From assembly GCA_965197425.1 (NCBI GenBank), contig CBDANC010000012.1, positions 1 through 64,000 of the forward strand: DNA of 64,000 nucleotides, read 5' to 3'. Below, piece after piece: positions 10,036-20,421 of the stretch. Source of the stretch: Bdellovibrionales bacterium. GTDB lineage: Bacteria > Bdellovibrionota > Bdellovibrionia > Bdellovibrionales > JAUICD01. The notes under the pieces are model-generated. The model made no database searches. It was given only the letters and a program-made list of their open reading frames with translations, and was not told where the DNA came from. The position numbers were made by a program, and so were the translations under genes. The first letter of the stretch is position 1. Every line of letters starts with the position of its first letter.

Positions 10036-11124
10036 TTAAATAGGTATTGGTTGGTTAAATACTGCTAATTTGGTTTTGAACTTAGATATATTTTTACCGA
10101 AGAAAAATTCACCACCAACTTTTTGATTCTTAGTTTTAATTTGCAGTATATAAAAACCTATAGGCAGACTCCATTGATCTAATCTTAGAATTGCTTGGCC
10201 ACTATTGTTTAATTTTAATGTTAAGTTTTGATAAAAAGCATTCTTGCTTAAAATTTGATTTTTTCTGTTTTTTATGACGATATCAATGCTTTGATTGGCT
10301 ACTCCTGATATGTTTAGCTCCTTTCCGTTTTTGAAAAATTCATACCTAATTACTTGAAGACTAGTATTTGAAGCTATTGGGTATGAAAACAATAAGATAA
10401 AAATCATTAAATATTTTTTGCTAAATTTGCATAAAGATAAAAATAAACTTTTAAAAAATTCATATAGTTTAAAACCTTGTTTATTGATACTTGTAATAGT
10501 ATTTTCATCGTCCAACAGTTTCATAGGATTTTGATCAATAATTGCTTCTTCTTTATTTTGAAAAGTAGTTTCTTGAAATATTACTTTTTTATCAAAGCTA
10601 CCAAATTGTTTTGCAAGATCCTGACTTCCAGCGTTTGTAGGAGTTTCGTTTAATTCATATAGTTGAATTACGCTGGTTAGTAACTCCTCTTTACTTAAGT
10701 GTCCTAAGTCTTCTTTTGTAGAGGTTTCAACTTTCTGTTTTTTTGGGATCGGTTTTATAAATGTGGAAATTTGTTTCCAAGATGTCATTCCTTTTTTCCA
10801 TATGTAATCGCAAAACTCCACTTCTCCACTATGAATTTTCTCTATTACTGTATCCATTAAAAAAGGACCTAACTGTTTGTGTGTATTGTGTTTTAGGATT
10901 ACAAACATTTTGTGTAGTTCAGATATATTTTGTAATGGTTCTAGTTTTTGAAACTCTTCTAAGTCTTTCACCTTAATCCATTTGTTTAAGTCGCTCTTGT
11001 ATACAAGATCATCTTGTGTGATTTGGTTTGTTGTGATTTGTAGTTTAATGTTAGAAAAAGAAAAAGGTCCTCTGGTTTTGCCTAATTTGTAATGGTACCA
11101 CTTTGTTGTCATATTGGTTGTCAT
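10036..11124 (-). CDS. Membrane protein with two N-terminal GYF_2 (DUF4339)-like domains
   Basis: Two GPF...W modules (TRGPFS...KWIKV; QLGPF...IWKKGMTSW), one TM segment. Confidence 0.7.
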   Translation of the reverse strand: MTTNMTTKWYHYKLGKTRGPFSFSNIKLQITTNQITQDDLVYKSDLNKWIKVKDLEEFQKLEPLQNISELHKMFVILKHNTHKQLGPFLMDTVIEKIHSGEVEFCDYIWKKGMTSWKQISTFIKPIPKKQKVETSTKEDLGHLSKEELLTSVIQLYELNETPTNAGSQDLAKQFGSFDKKVIFQETTFQNKEEAIIDQNPMKLLDDENTITSINKQGFKLYEFFKSLFLSLCKFSKKYLMIFILLFSYPIASNTSLQVIRYEFFKNGKELNISGVANQSIDIVIKNRKNQILSKNAFYQNLTLKLNNSGQAILRLDQWSLPIGFYILQIKTKNQKVGGEFFFGKNISKFKTKLAVFNQPIPI

Positions 11125-11224
11125 AATAATGGGGTGTTAAGTATTTAACTTCATGTAGTTCTTTATATTTTCCTATTTTAGCTAAAAGCACAAGTAAGTT
11201 TCATAAAATAATTCATTGGTCCTA

Positions 11225-11350
11225 AAGGAGCCATTCGGCAAAAACTGACCGTAGGGAGGTTATTTCAATTGGAAAAACCGACTGCAAAAGAGGTTCATCC
11301 AATTGAACGAAAGTAGGCATAGCCTCCTTGTTTTTGCCTCATTAAGCTCA
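11225..11350 (+). repeat. Modular hairpin repeat, frame B with cargo C4-C4-C2
   Basis: AAGGAGCCATTCGGC left end, GCCTCATTAAGCTCA right end, modules joined by CAATTG. Confidence 0.88.
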
Positions 11351-11485
11351 TGTTTAATGAAGCTTATTTTGACTTTATTTTAAAATTCTTGTAACTAGAT
11401 CAATGGGGTTAGTTCTTTAGAAACTAAACAAAAAATTCCAAGCGGAGAACACGGCTTGAGAATAAATGAGTATTTGGAGAAATAA

Positions 11486-12637
11486 ATGAGTATCAAGCTA
11501 TTTTATACAACCCAAATTGTGGCTATTGTAAACATACTATACCTTGCTTATTCACACTATAGCCTTAAATTTGGCAATATGGCCAAAAGCGTTTGTAATA
11601 TAAATGAATTTCTTAACTGTGATATAGTAAATACTAGTTCTTACTCACTATTTTTTAATGTGCCAGTTGGTGTATGGGGGTTTTTTGCAAATGTTGTGCT
11701 GCTTGTATTTGGTTTTAAAGGACTGTGGTCTGGTGCTGACCTAAAAACTAAAGATCGAAATTTGTCTATTGCGATTTTGATTGCATTTTTGAGTTTAATA
11801 GCCTCCATTGTTATGGCTTGGATTTCATTTATCGTCATAGGTGCTATGTGCTTGTTCTGTACTTTGGCCTATGTGCTTAGTATAATTGTATTTGTACTAT
11901 TATTACTAAATAAATCTTTTAAAATCAGTAAATTATTAAATAATATTAAACTAAATAATAAACTATTACTTAGATATGCCTTGGTTTTTGGTGGTGTTTT
12001 ATTCCTGGTCTTTTTGGCGGATGATATTGTAAAAAGAAGCATGTTGGGCCAAAGAATTAATTTTGCCAAATTCGCTGTAACAAGCTGGCAATCTGCAAAG
12101 GTTTATAATTTTAATACTGAAGATGCATTAAAATTAACACCAACTGATAACCCTAAGATGACTATTGTAGAGTTTGCTGACTTTATGTGCATTCACTGTA
12201 AAAACGCTTCTGCACCCCTTAAGAATTTCGTTAAATCAAAAGGCGATGTCAACTTTGTGTTTATGCCCTACCCATTAGATGGGGTTTGTAATGAGTCTAT
12301 GCCTCATTCCAGAGACGGAGCGTCTTGTCAGTTTGCATATGCTACCCATTGCGCTGGAAAACAAGGTATGGGTTGGCAGATGCATGACTATTTGTTCGAA
12401 AATTTTGGGAAAGTTACTGTGGCAGATCTTGAACCTAAGGCCAAGGATTTTGACTTAGATGTTATTGCATTTAGTGACTGCATGAATGCTACTGACACTC
12501 ATAATACTGTGATGGCCTTTGCCAGGGAAGGTGATTTGGCAGGCATTAGAGGAACCCCTAGTGTCTTTGTTAATGGTAAAAAATTGGATAACGGTCAAAG
12601 TTGGTACCTACTAGATAAAGTCTACGACTCTCTATAA
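11486..12637 (+). CDS. VKOR-DsbA (thioredoxin-fold) fusion protein
   Basis: VKOR motifs C-x7-C (CNINEFLNC) and CLFC in TM region; DsbA-like EFADFMCIHC and GIRGTP. Confidence 0.88.
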   Translation: MSIKLFYTTQIVAIVNILYLAYSHYSLKFGNMAKSVCNINEFLNCDIVNTSSYSLFFNVPVGVWGFFANVVLLVFGFKGLWSGADLKTKDRNLSIAILIAFLSLIASIVMAWISFIVIGAMCLFCTLAYVLSIIVFVLLLLNKSFKISKLLNNIKLNNKLLLRYALVFGGVLFLVFLADDIVKRSMLGQRINFAKFAVTSWQSAKVYNFNTEDALKLTPTDNPKMTIVEFADFMCIHCKNASAPLKNFVKSKGDVNFVFMPYPLDGVCNESMPHSRDGASCQFAYATHCAGKQGMGWQMHDYLFENFGKVTVADLEPKAKDFDLDVIAFSDCMNATDTHNTVMAFAREGDLAGIRGTPSVFVNGKKLDNGQSWYLLDKVYDSL

Positions 12638-12684
12638 CTTCTTAACCATAACCCCTGCCCTACTCCTCTACAATTTTGTACATC

Positions 12685-12781
12685 AAGGTCTTCCGAATCA
12701 AGCCAATAAGATGGATTGGCGAAATGTAAGACGGAGTCTAAATGTAGCCAAGACATCTTTTGGCCGAGTGGATGCCCAGCT
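12685..12781 (-). repeat. Modular hairpin repeat, frame A with cargo C3
   Basis: Reverse-complement ends AAGGTCTTCCG ... CCGAGTGGATGCCCAGCT. Confidence 0.9.
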
Positions 12782-12974
12782 ATACACATGTCATCAAACT
12801 CATCTCCACTCACTAAGACCAAGGTCCGTTTAGCCTCTGGATATTAGCTGACAATTTTTGTAAACCTTAGTTATCATCTAACAGATGCTAGTGACAATTT
12901 TTGTCAACGCCGCTGGGGTGTTATGTTAAGGCATGTCGTATGTGAAGAGTCAAACTTAGAGGGTTATAGAGGTA

Positions 12975-13676
12975 ATGGAAAGTATTTCTACAGTTGAAAC
13001 ATTAATTCAGCAAAACAAGACTTTAGCTTGTAAGGTGGTAGCTCATTCTAAAAAAGTTAATTCTCTTTACGAAATTAATGAAGCTATAAAAAAATTAAGC
13101 TCTGATTTGTCAAAGGAAAATGAAACTTTAAAAGCCGAAAGTGCTATGCAAAAAGAAGAAATTGTCAAGCTTTCCAGAGAAGTAAGTACTTTGAACTTTC
13201 GGCTTTCTGAGGCTGAAAAAAATTATGTGATTGTGTCTTCAGATTATAAAAAAAAATGTGAAGAGCTTACTAATTTGGAGAGGATTTTTGGTAAAAAACT
13301 TGGCCTGCTAGAGAGATTTTTAAAGAGAGTAAATAGGTGGGTTAAACCGCATATATCAGGACTTAAAATTAAAAATAAAGAGCTGACAGACAAGGTTAGA
13401 CTAGACATAAGAAAAATATCTGATCTAAAAACTAACATAGAATCAATGAGCAAATATATTGCTGATCTGTCCAAACAAAAAAATAAAGAGTTATTAACCT
13501 TAGAAAATGAACTAAAGGATAAAAATAACGAGCTTGAAATACAAAATGATGAATTAAAAAAAGAAAAACAAGAATTACTAGCACAGCTTGAGAAAAAAGA
13601 AATTCGCCTCAAAAGTAATGCAGAGCAGATAACAGTTCTAAAAAACAACCTTATCAAACTGTACAGAAAACATTAA
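12975..13676 (+). CDS. Coiled-coil hypothetical protein
   Basis: 233 aa, K/E/L-rich heptad character, GAGG RBS. Confidence 0.7.
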   Translation: MESISTVETLIQQNKTLACKVVAHSKKVNSLYEINEAIKKLSSDLSKENETLKAESAMQKEEIVKLSREVSTLNFRLSEAEKNYVIVSSDYKKKCEELTNLERIFGKKLGLLERFLKRVNRWVKPHISGLKIKNKELTDKVRLDIRKISDLKTNIESMSKYIADLSKQKNKELLTLENELKDKNNELEIQNDELKKEKQELLAQLEKKEIRLKSNAEQITVLKNNLIKLYRKH

Positions 13677-13807
13677 AGGTGAGCTTAATGAGGCAAAAAT
13701 AAGGAGGCTCCGCCTACTTTGGTTCAATTGGCTCACGGGATAAACCTTTATATTATCCAATTGGATGAACCTCCTTTGCAGTCGGTTTTTTTGCCTGATG
13801 GCTCCTT
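13676..13807 (-). repeat. Modular hairpin repeat, frame B with cargo C4-C5-C2
   Basis: Reverse complement matches 11225-11350 with module C5 in place of one C4. Confidence 0.9.
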
Positions 13808-13989
13808 CCTGGTCTAACTAAGGCTAATACCAACGCTTGTTGTATATTTACTTGTTTTATCACTAAAAAATTGCCACTTACCTACTCTTTCTTTGTACCC
13901 CGAGTATATTCATTATGTTGTTGATTGATGTAGATAAAGTGTTAAGTTTGCAAATTCATGTTAGATTGCGCTTTGAGATTTGGGGTGAT

Positions 13990-16167
13990 ATGATTAGAGA
14001 AGATATAACAAACCTAAGCTCTGCTCAACTTAAAGGCGTGACTATTTTAGATAAGCCAGTGGTTGTATTTGCTGGAGCTGGCTCTGGCAAAACCAGGGTT
14101 CTTACTCATAGAATTGCAAATATTATTGATAAAGGTTTAGCTAAACCTCATGAAGTGTTGGGTATTACATTTACCAATAAGGCAGCAAAAGAGATGTCTG
14201 AAAGAGTGTTTAGTTTATTAGCCACCTCTGGTACCCAGGTAAATCCCAGAGATATGTGGATTAGCACCTTCCATGCTTTTGGTGCAAGAATCTTGCGAGA
14301 GCATGCGTCTTTAATTGGTTACGACACTTTTACAATTTTAGACAAAGCAGATCAGCTATCTCAAATAAAAAAAGTAATGAATAAACTAGATATATCTAAC
14401 AAGGTATTTGAACCAAAATCAGTTTTGGAACAAATTAATAAGGCCAAGAGACTTTGTTTGGATTCTTATAAATTCGAAGAACAGTTTCCTTCTCGTGATA
14501 AAAGATTCTTTAAAATTTATGAACAATACGAGAGAGATATGTTTGAAAGTAAAAGCATGGATTTTGCGGACTTGTTATACCAATTGATGCTTTTGTTCGA
14601 AAACTCTGACATTTTGGATAAATATAAAAATCAGTTTAAATTCATCAATGTCGATGAATATCAAGATACTAATAGAATACAGTACCTGTTATTAAAAAAA
14701 CTTTTAGGCAGTAATAACAAAATTTTTGTTGTAGGTGATGAAGATCAATCTATCTATAGCTGGCGTGGAGCTGACATTGAAAATATTTTGGGCCTACAAG
14801 AAGATTTTCCAGACATTGAAGTAATTAAGCTGGAAGAAAATTATAGGTCTACACAAACAATAGTTTCTGCTGCCTCCAGTTTGATATCTAAAAACACCAT
14901 AAGAACTGAAAAATCTATTTTTTCTAACAAAGGCATTGGAGATCTAATTAGCGTTAGATTACTAGATAATGAATATGAGGAAGGAAGATTGGTTGCAAGT
15001 CAAATAACTTCTTTAGTTAATGAAGGGTTTGGTTACGAAGACTTCGCAATTTTTTACAGAACACATGCTCAATCTAGGGTTTTAGAAGAAAAGTTAATGC
15101 AATTTGATATCCCTTACAGAATTGTTGGAGGTATGAGGTTTTATGAAAGAAAAGAAATAAAAGATATAGTAGCTTATTTTAGATTAGCATTAAACCCAGA
15201 TGACGATGTGTCTTTTATGAGAGGCATTGGTTTAAAAAGAGGTGTGGGTTCTACTACATTAGATAAATTGAGCCAAATAGCCTTACAAAAAAAGACTTCA
15301 CTTATAAAGGCTAGCTTGTATTGTATTGAAAAAAATCTATTTAGATCTAACACTATTAATAATTTAACCTCATTTGTTTCTTTAATTTCATCTCTTCAAG
15401 AATTTAATAGATCTCTTATTGATTTGTATGATGCTATTTTAGATAAAACTAATTTTTTGGAAAATTTAAGAAGAGAAGATACCGTCGAATCGAGAACCAG
15501 AATAGAAAATCTAGAAGAATTTAGAAATGTAATAAATCAATTTGAAGAAAGGTTTCATAGTGAAAATAATGACAGCTCTTCTATTTTACAGCAATTTTTA
15601 GAAGAAATTGTTTTAGTATATACTGATACTAACAGAAGTGGTGATTCTAGATATGTGTCTCTTATGACCTTACATAGTTCAAAGGGGTTAGAGTTTCTCA
15701 ATGTTTTTATAGTGGGGATGGAGGAAAATGTATTTCCAGGGATTATACCAATAACCTCACTTGATACTTTTGAGATAGAAGAAGAGAGGCGACTTTGTTA
15801 TGTAGGGATGACTAGGGCTTGTGAAAAGTTGTGGTTTACTCATGCAAAATGCAGAAGAACAAATGCAAAAATTGTATATAACAATCCTAGCAGATTTATA
15901 GAAGAAATACCTGATAAATACTTGGACAATCCAACAATATATTTTTCAAAGAAAAATTTTAAAAGACCAAGTGTTTACAAAAAAGAACACGATGGGGATT
16001 ATAGACAAGATGGTGTAATTGAAAAAGGTGTGAGGGTTATACATCCTGTGTTTGGCCAGGGAAAAGTATTAAAGCTAGAAGCTAGTGGACAAAAGATATC
16101 AGTGTTATTTGATGATAGCTCTGTTAGAAAATTCATGCTCAAGTATACAGATTTAAAGCTTTTATGA
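13990..16167 (+). CDS. uvrD: UvrD/PcrA-family ATP-dependent DNA helicase
   Basis: AGAGSGKT, TFTNKAA, VDEYQD, GDEDQSIY, HSSKGLEF, EERRLCYV; ATG at 13990 preferred over 13915. Confidence 0.93.
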   Translation: MIREDITNLSSAQLKGVTILDKPVVVFAGAGSGKTRVLTHRIANIIDKGLAKPHEVLGITFTNKAAKEMSERVFSLLATSGTQVNPRDMWISTFHAFGARILREHASLIGYDTFTILDKADQLSQIKKVMNKLDISNKVFEPKSVLEQINKAKRLCLDSYKFEEQFPSRDKRFFKIYEQYERDMFESKSMDFADLLYQLMLLFENSDILDKYKNQFKFINVDEYQDTNRIQYLLLKKLLGSNNKIFVVGDEDQSIYSWRGADIENILGLQEDFPDIEVIKLEENYRSTQTIVSAASSLISKNTIRTEKSIFSNKGIGDLISVRLLDNEYEEGRLVASQITSLVNEGFGYEDFAIFYRTHAQSRVLEEKLMQFDIPYRIVGGMRFYERKEIKDIVAYFRLALNPDDDVSFMRGIGLKRGVGSTTLDKLSQIALQKKTSLIKASLYCIEKNLFRSNTINNLTSFVSLISSLQEFNRSLIDLYDAILDKTNFLENLRREDTVESRTRIENLEEFRNVINQFEERFHSENNDSSSILQQFLEEIVLVYTDTNRSGDSRYVSLMTLHSSKGLEFLNVFIVGMEENVFPGIIPITSLDTFEIEEERRLCYVGMTRACEKLWFTHAKCRRTNAKIVYNNPSRFIEEIPDKYLDNPTIYFSKKNFKRPSVYKKEHDGDYRQDGVIEKGVRVIHPVFGQGKVLKLEASGQKISVLFDDSSVRKFMLKYTDLKLL

Positions 16168-16268
16168 TATTCAAAAAAATGCCATTTCAATAATATCACC
16201 TGGTTTAAACTGCAAAAAATAGTTGACTTGCGGGTATAGAGAGAATTAGGTAGTTTTGAGGTTTATTT

Positions 16269-16808
16269 ATGTCTAAAAAGGTTGTTATTAAAGCTATTGT
16301 TTTGGTTTCTGGCCTTGTTTTGATTATCTGGGCTATTATTGCCCTTCAGGGCAATTCTGAAGATCTTACGGATAGAAATGAGTACATTTCTGAAAGAAAT
16401 ACGAGAATATGCAGATATGACGTTAGAGAGGTAAGAATTTCAAAGCCTGAAGGTTCTACTGTGGCTTTTAAGAAAATGGGCAATATTTGGGATGGCGGTA
16501 ACCTTTCAGATGAATTTATTAAAACTCAGCTAGAAGAATTTTGTAACTTAAAAGTAGAAGAAGAAGCCGACTTAGAACGACTCAAAGGTGATTTGGAGTG
16601 GATTGAGGATTTAGAGGTAGTGTTTGTAGATGGTTCTAGTATACATGCGACACTGAGCCAAAATGGTATCATTCAGGTTGGCATTAGACACTACTTTGCT
16701 CCATCTTTATTAAAGTTGATCCAAGGTTATGAAGGAAATATCCCAGATGTGAATCTAGAACCAGAACAAATGGAAGATCAAACCGACGATCAGGCTACTG
16801 ACGAATAG
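16269..16808 (+). CDS. Hypothetical membrane-anchored protein
   Basis: N-terminal TM helix, acidic tail, GAGG RBS. Confidence 0.65.
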   Translation: MSKKVVIKAIVLVSGLVLIIWAIIALQGNSEDLTDRNEYISERNTRICRYDVREVRISKPEGSTVAFKKMGNIWDGGNLSDEFIKTQLEEFCNLKVEEEADLERLKGDLEWIEDLEVVFVDGSSIHATLSQNGIIQVGIRHYFAPSLLKLIQGYEGNIPDVNLEPEQMEDQTDDQATDE

Positions 16809-16810
16809 AA

Positions 16811-17374
16811 CTATTTTTCCCAAAGTATGTCTTCTACACCCTCTAGCTTATTGAAATATCTAGCTAGAGTGAAAAAGTAGTCACTTAATCTATTTAGAAA
16901 TTTTATTATAATGCTATTTTGGCTTTCCACTCCAACTGCTAGTGTTTCTGCTCTTCTACAAGTTACCCTGCATATGTGAGATAGAGAAGATAATGTTGAT
17001 CCTCCTGGGAGAATAAAGTTTTTTAGTGGTTGAAGCTCTGCTTGTATTTTATCAATTTGTTCCTCTAATTCTAAGACCCATGTTTCGTTAAGTTTAGGTA
17101 GAGAAATTCTAGCTGGTGACACCAGTGGTAAAGGATCATCACAAGCCAGGTGGCTTCCTATTGTAAAAAGCCTGTGTTGTATATTTACTAATATGGTTTT
17201 TTGCATATTGTCTGCATATTTTGTTTCTATTAGATTTGAAATTAATAATCCAATATAAGAGTTGAGTTCATCAACTGCACCGTATGTGATTACTCTTGCG
17301 TGACATTTTTTTACTACCTTACCAGTAACAAGTCTTGTGTCTCCTGTGTCTCCTTTTTTGGTATATATTTTCAT
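16811..17374 (-). CDS. ATP:cob(I)alamin adenosyltransferase (PduO type)
   Basis: KIYTKKGDTG, YGAVDELNS, FILPGG, CRRAE, LNRLSDYFF. Confidence 0.92.
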   Translation of the reverse strand: MKIYTKKGDTGDTRLVTGKVVKKCHARVITYGAVDELNSYIGLLISNLIETKYADNMQKTILVNIQHRLFTIGSHLACDDPLPLVSPARISLPKLNETWVLELEEQIDKIQAELQPLKNFILPGGSTLSSLSHICRVTCRRAETLAVGVESQNSIIIKFLNRLSDYFFTLARYFNKLEGVEDILWEK

Positions 17375-17420
17375 GTTTTCCTTGTATAAGAATGCGGCCT
17401 ATTATAGAAGCCTAAAGCAT

Positions 17421-17485
17421 AGCTGGGCAACCACTAGGTCAAAAAGTAAACAAGTTTACTTTATTGACCTCGCTAGGAAGACCTT
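17421..17485 (+). repeat. Modular hairpin repeat, frame A with cargo C1
   Basis: AGCTGGGCAACCACTAGG...GGAAGACCTT; stem AGGTCAA/TTGACCT. Confidence 0.9.
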
Positions 17486-17490
17486 TGGAA

Positions 17491-18831
17491 ATGAAAGTAT
17501 TAAAACAAATTATCAAGTCTTTATCTAGCATAAAAATAGCAGTGATCACAATAGTAGCATTAATTGTTGTGTTCGCCTGGGGTACATTTGTTGAATCTAG
17601 ATATGATGCAAGAACTGCACAGAATGTGGTGTATCACACAAACTTTACATACCTTACCATGGCTCTTTTGGTAGTAAATTTGCTATTTTCTATGTTTATA
17701 AAATTCCCATGGAAAAAAAAGCACATGCCTTTCTTGTTAGCACATATAGGTTTAATTATTATTATTGCGAGTGCTTACTTAGATAGGGTCTTTGGCCTAG
17801 ACGCTTCTATGTCAATAGAAGTTGGCAAAAGCAAAAACTGGGCTTTAACAGAAGATACTTATATAAATGTCTATTATAGTGAGGATGGAAATTTATTTTT
17901 ACCTAATAAAATATCAAGTAAAAAAGTAAATTTTTTTGCTAACCCTCCAGAACAAAAAAAATTATTTGTTGAAGTGGAGAAAGATAAAGTGCAAGTCACA
18001 GACTTTTATCCATATGCAACTTTTGAAAGAAAAATTGAACCTTCCAGCGATAAGATGACAGGCCCTGCTGTAAGGTTTGTGTTGCGGAATCAGTTTGTAA
18101 CTCATTCTGATTGGTTGATTCAAAATGATGATAATGTGGCTTATAAAAAAATAGGGCCTCTTAATGTATTTTTAGATACAAAAAAAAATTCACAAAAAAC
18201 CTCAGAACCTACTTTAACTTTTAGGCCTTTAGATTCTAAAACAATAGAGTATATTATGATGGATGAGGGTATAATAAAAAAGCAGGGTCAAATTAGAACT
18301 GGTATGTCTTTCAAAACTCCCTGGATGGATATGAAGCTTATACTTTTAAAATATATTCCAAATGCCCATGAGACATTTTCTTATACTTTACAGAAAAGTC
18401 CATCTGATCTTACTACTGAAGTTGTGCATGTTAAGTTTAAAGACATATCTAAGTGGATAAGACTTAATAGTTATGAGAAATTTCCGCATGAAAATGGTCT
18501 ATATTTGGTGAGTTATACAAATGATCAGATAGGGGTAGGTTTTGATATGAAGCTTAATGATTTTGTTATAGACAAGTATCCTGGTGGAAGAGCTAAATCT
18601 TATAGAAGTGAAATAGAGGTTGATGGTGATGAATATTCTATATCTATGAATGAACCTTTTAAAAAAAATGGTCTTACTTTTTATCAGGCGAGTTATAGAG
18701 AAAATGAAGAAGGTAAACCGGTTGTGTCTATTCTACAAGTCAATCATGATCCTGGAAGAGAAATAAAATACCTGGGAGCTATTCTATTATCGCTTGGTAT
18801 AGTAATGATGTTTTACAAACGAAAAACTTAG
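17491..18831 (+). CDS. ResB/Ccs1-like cytochrome c biogenesis protein (system II)
   Basis: Three N-terminal TMs with LAHIG, C-terminal ISMNEP/FYQASY/DPG motifs; ATG at 17491 preferred because the TTG at 17464 lies inside the repeat. Confidence 0.8.
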   Translation: MKVLKQIIKSLSSIKIAVITIVALIVVFAWGTFVESRYDARTAQNVVYHTNFTYLTMALLVVNLLFSMFIKFPWKKKHMPFLLAHIGLIIIIASAYLDRVFGLDASMSIEVGKSKNWALTEDTYINVYYSEDGNLFLPNKISSKKVNFFANPPEQKKLFVEVEKDKVQVTDFYPYATFERKIEPSSDKMTGPAVRFVLRNQFVTHSDWLIQNDDNVAYKKIGPLNVFLDTKKNSQKTSEPTLTFRPLDSKTIEYIMMDEGIIKKQGQIRTGMSFKTPWMDMKLILLKYIPNAHETFSYTLQKSPSDLTTEVVHVKFKDISKWIRLNSYEKFPHENGLYLVSYTNDQIGVGFDMKLNDFVIDKYPGGRAKSYRSEIEVDGDEYSISMNEPFKKNGLTFYQASYRENEEGKPVVSILQVNHDPGREIKYLGAILLSLGIVMMFYKRKT

Positions 18832-20421
18832 ATGAGATTTGTTTTAGTATTTTTATTATTGATTAGTTCAAGTATTGCTTTTGGGAATGATGTTAATGCA
18901 TTGCTGGGTAAAATTCCTATTCAATCTGGTGGAAGGGTAAAACCTTTTGATACTTATGCAAAAGAGAGTTTGCGGCTTATACATGGAAAATCAAAATATA
19001 ATGGTAAGCCTGCGGTTGTAGTTGTGTTTACTTGGCTCATTGCACCTAATGAGTGGTATAATGCACAACTGATTGAAATAACTCGTCATGATCTTAAGGA
19101 AAATTTAAATCTAGATGAAAAGAAATACTTTTCGCTAAATGAAATTACCAACTCCTCAAGATTGAGCTTAATTTTACAAGAGTTGCAAAACAAAGTGGAG
19201 GCAAATGAAAAGCTAGATAACTATCAAAAAGCAGTCCAGAGGTTGGACTCTCAGCTTATCACGTTTAATAGTATCTTGTCTGGTAATATGGCGTTTGTTC
19301 CATCTAATAATGCTGACTGGTTACCCATAGCCGGTTCAGACAATGAGATACTGGATTCATTCTCAAACATAGTAGAAGGATTTTCAAAATATTTAAATGA
19401 TGAAACTGCTTATAAACAGTTAGAAGGTTATGTTGATTACTTTATTTTGTTAGTAGGATCAAAGGTTGGTTCTTATCCAAGCAGTAGAATTATAGAAGCA
19501 GAGGTTCATTATAATTCATTTCATCCATTTAGATGGAGCTATATATTTTATCTTTTGTCGAGCATACTTTTTTTAATTTATTTTTCTGCCCAAAAAATCT
19601 CAAAAAATAAGTGGTGGCTAGTTTTTGCTTGGAGTTGTTTGGCACTAGGGTTTTTGTTTAATACTTATGGATTTTTGCTGCGTATCTATTTAACAGGAAG
19701 ACCTCCTGTTTCTAATATGTATGAGAGTGTGATTTGGGTTGCTTGGGGTAGCGTATTTTTTGCTGGTATTTTTGAGTTTTTTAAGAAAGTAAACTACTTT
19801 GCTTTTGCTGCTGTTCTTGTGGGAGTTGTTTGTTTAATTACTGCTGATATTGCTCCGATAGTTCTTGATCCTAGTCTTGAACCATTACAGCCTGTGCTGA
19901 GGAGCAACCTCTGGTTGATAGTTCATGTAATGACTATAACACTTGCATATTCTGCTTTTTTTCTTTCATTTGTACTATCTGATATAGGGCTTTGGTTTTA
20001 TATTAAAAAAAAGAAGGATCAGATGACAAAAATATCTCAGTTTACTTACAGGGCAACACAGCTTGGCGTTGTACTTTTGATAGCAGGTACAATATTAGGT
20101 GGTGTGTGGGCTGATTATTCTTGGGGTAGATTTTGGGGTTGGGATCCTAAGGAAACTTGGGCTTTGATAGCAATTTTAGGTTATGTTGCAGTACTACATA
20201 CAAGGCTTGTGGGTTGGATTAGAAGTTTTGGGTTTCTAGTTACAAATTCATTTTGTTTTTTACTGATCATAATGGCTTGGTACGGTGTGAATTATATATT
20301 AGGAGCGGGACTTCACTCTTATGGGTTTGGAGGTGGTGGTGTTGGATATGTCAGTGCGCTCATATCAATTCAGCTCGTGTATTTATGTTTAGCTCTTAGT
20401 TATAGATATTCCGATAGATAA
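18832..20421 (+). CDS. ccsA: Cytochrome c biogenesis protein CcsA/ResC
   Basis: WWD motif WADYSWGRFWGWDPKETW and GLHSY. Confidence 0.92.
   Translation: MRFVLVFLLLISSSIAFGNDVNALLGKIPIQSGGRVKPFDTYAKESLRLIHGKSKYNGKPAVVVVFTWLIAPNEWYNAQLIEITRHDLKENLNLDEKKYFSLNEITNSSRLSLILQELQNKVEANEKLDNYQKAVQRLDSQLITFNSILSGNMAFVPSNNADWLPIAGSDNEILDSFSNIVEGFSKYLNDETAYKQLEGYVDYFILLVGSKVGSYPSSRIIEAEVHYNSFHPFRWSYIFYLLSSILFLIYFSAQKISKNKWWLVFAWSCLALGFLFNTYGFLLRIYLTGRPPVSNMYESVIWVAWGSVFFAGIFEFFKKVNYFAFAAVLVGVVCLITADIAPIVLDPSLEPLQPVLRSNLWLIVHVMTITLAYSAFFLSFVLSDIGLWFYIKKKKDQMTKISQFTYRATQLGVVLLIAGTILGGVWADYSWGRFWGWDPKETWALIAILGYVAVLHTRLVGWIRSFGFLVTNSFCFLLIIMAWYGVNYILGAGLHSYGFGGGGVGYVSALISIQLVYLCLALSYRYSDR

Noticed and set aside
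11240..11305. Two similar 33-bp units as a possible CRISPR array
   Set aside because: The units are adjacent with no unique spacers, recur as modules of the dispersed repeat, and no cas genes are present
12622..12822. 66-aa ORF sharing PLGQKM.W.HL with ORF 53513-53869
   Set aside because: The similarity comes from translating the non-coding repeat; most other copies show no comparable ORF
12904..12931. TTATGTTAA as a possible dif site XerD arm
   Set aside because: No XerC arm at 6-bp spacing
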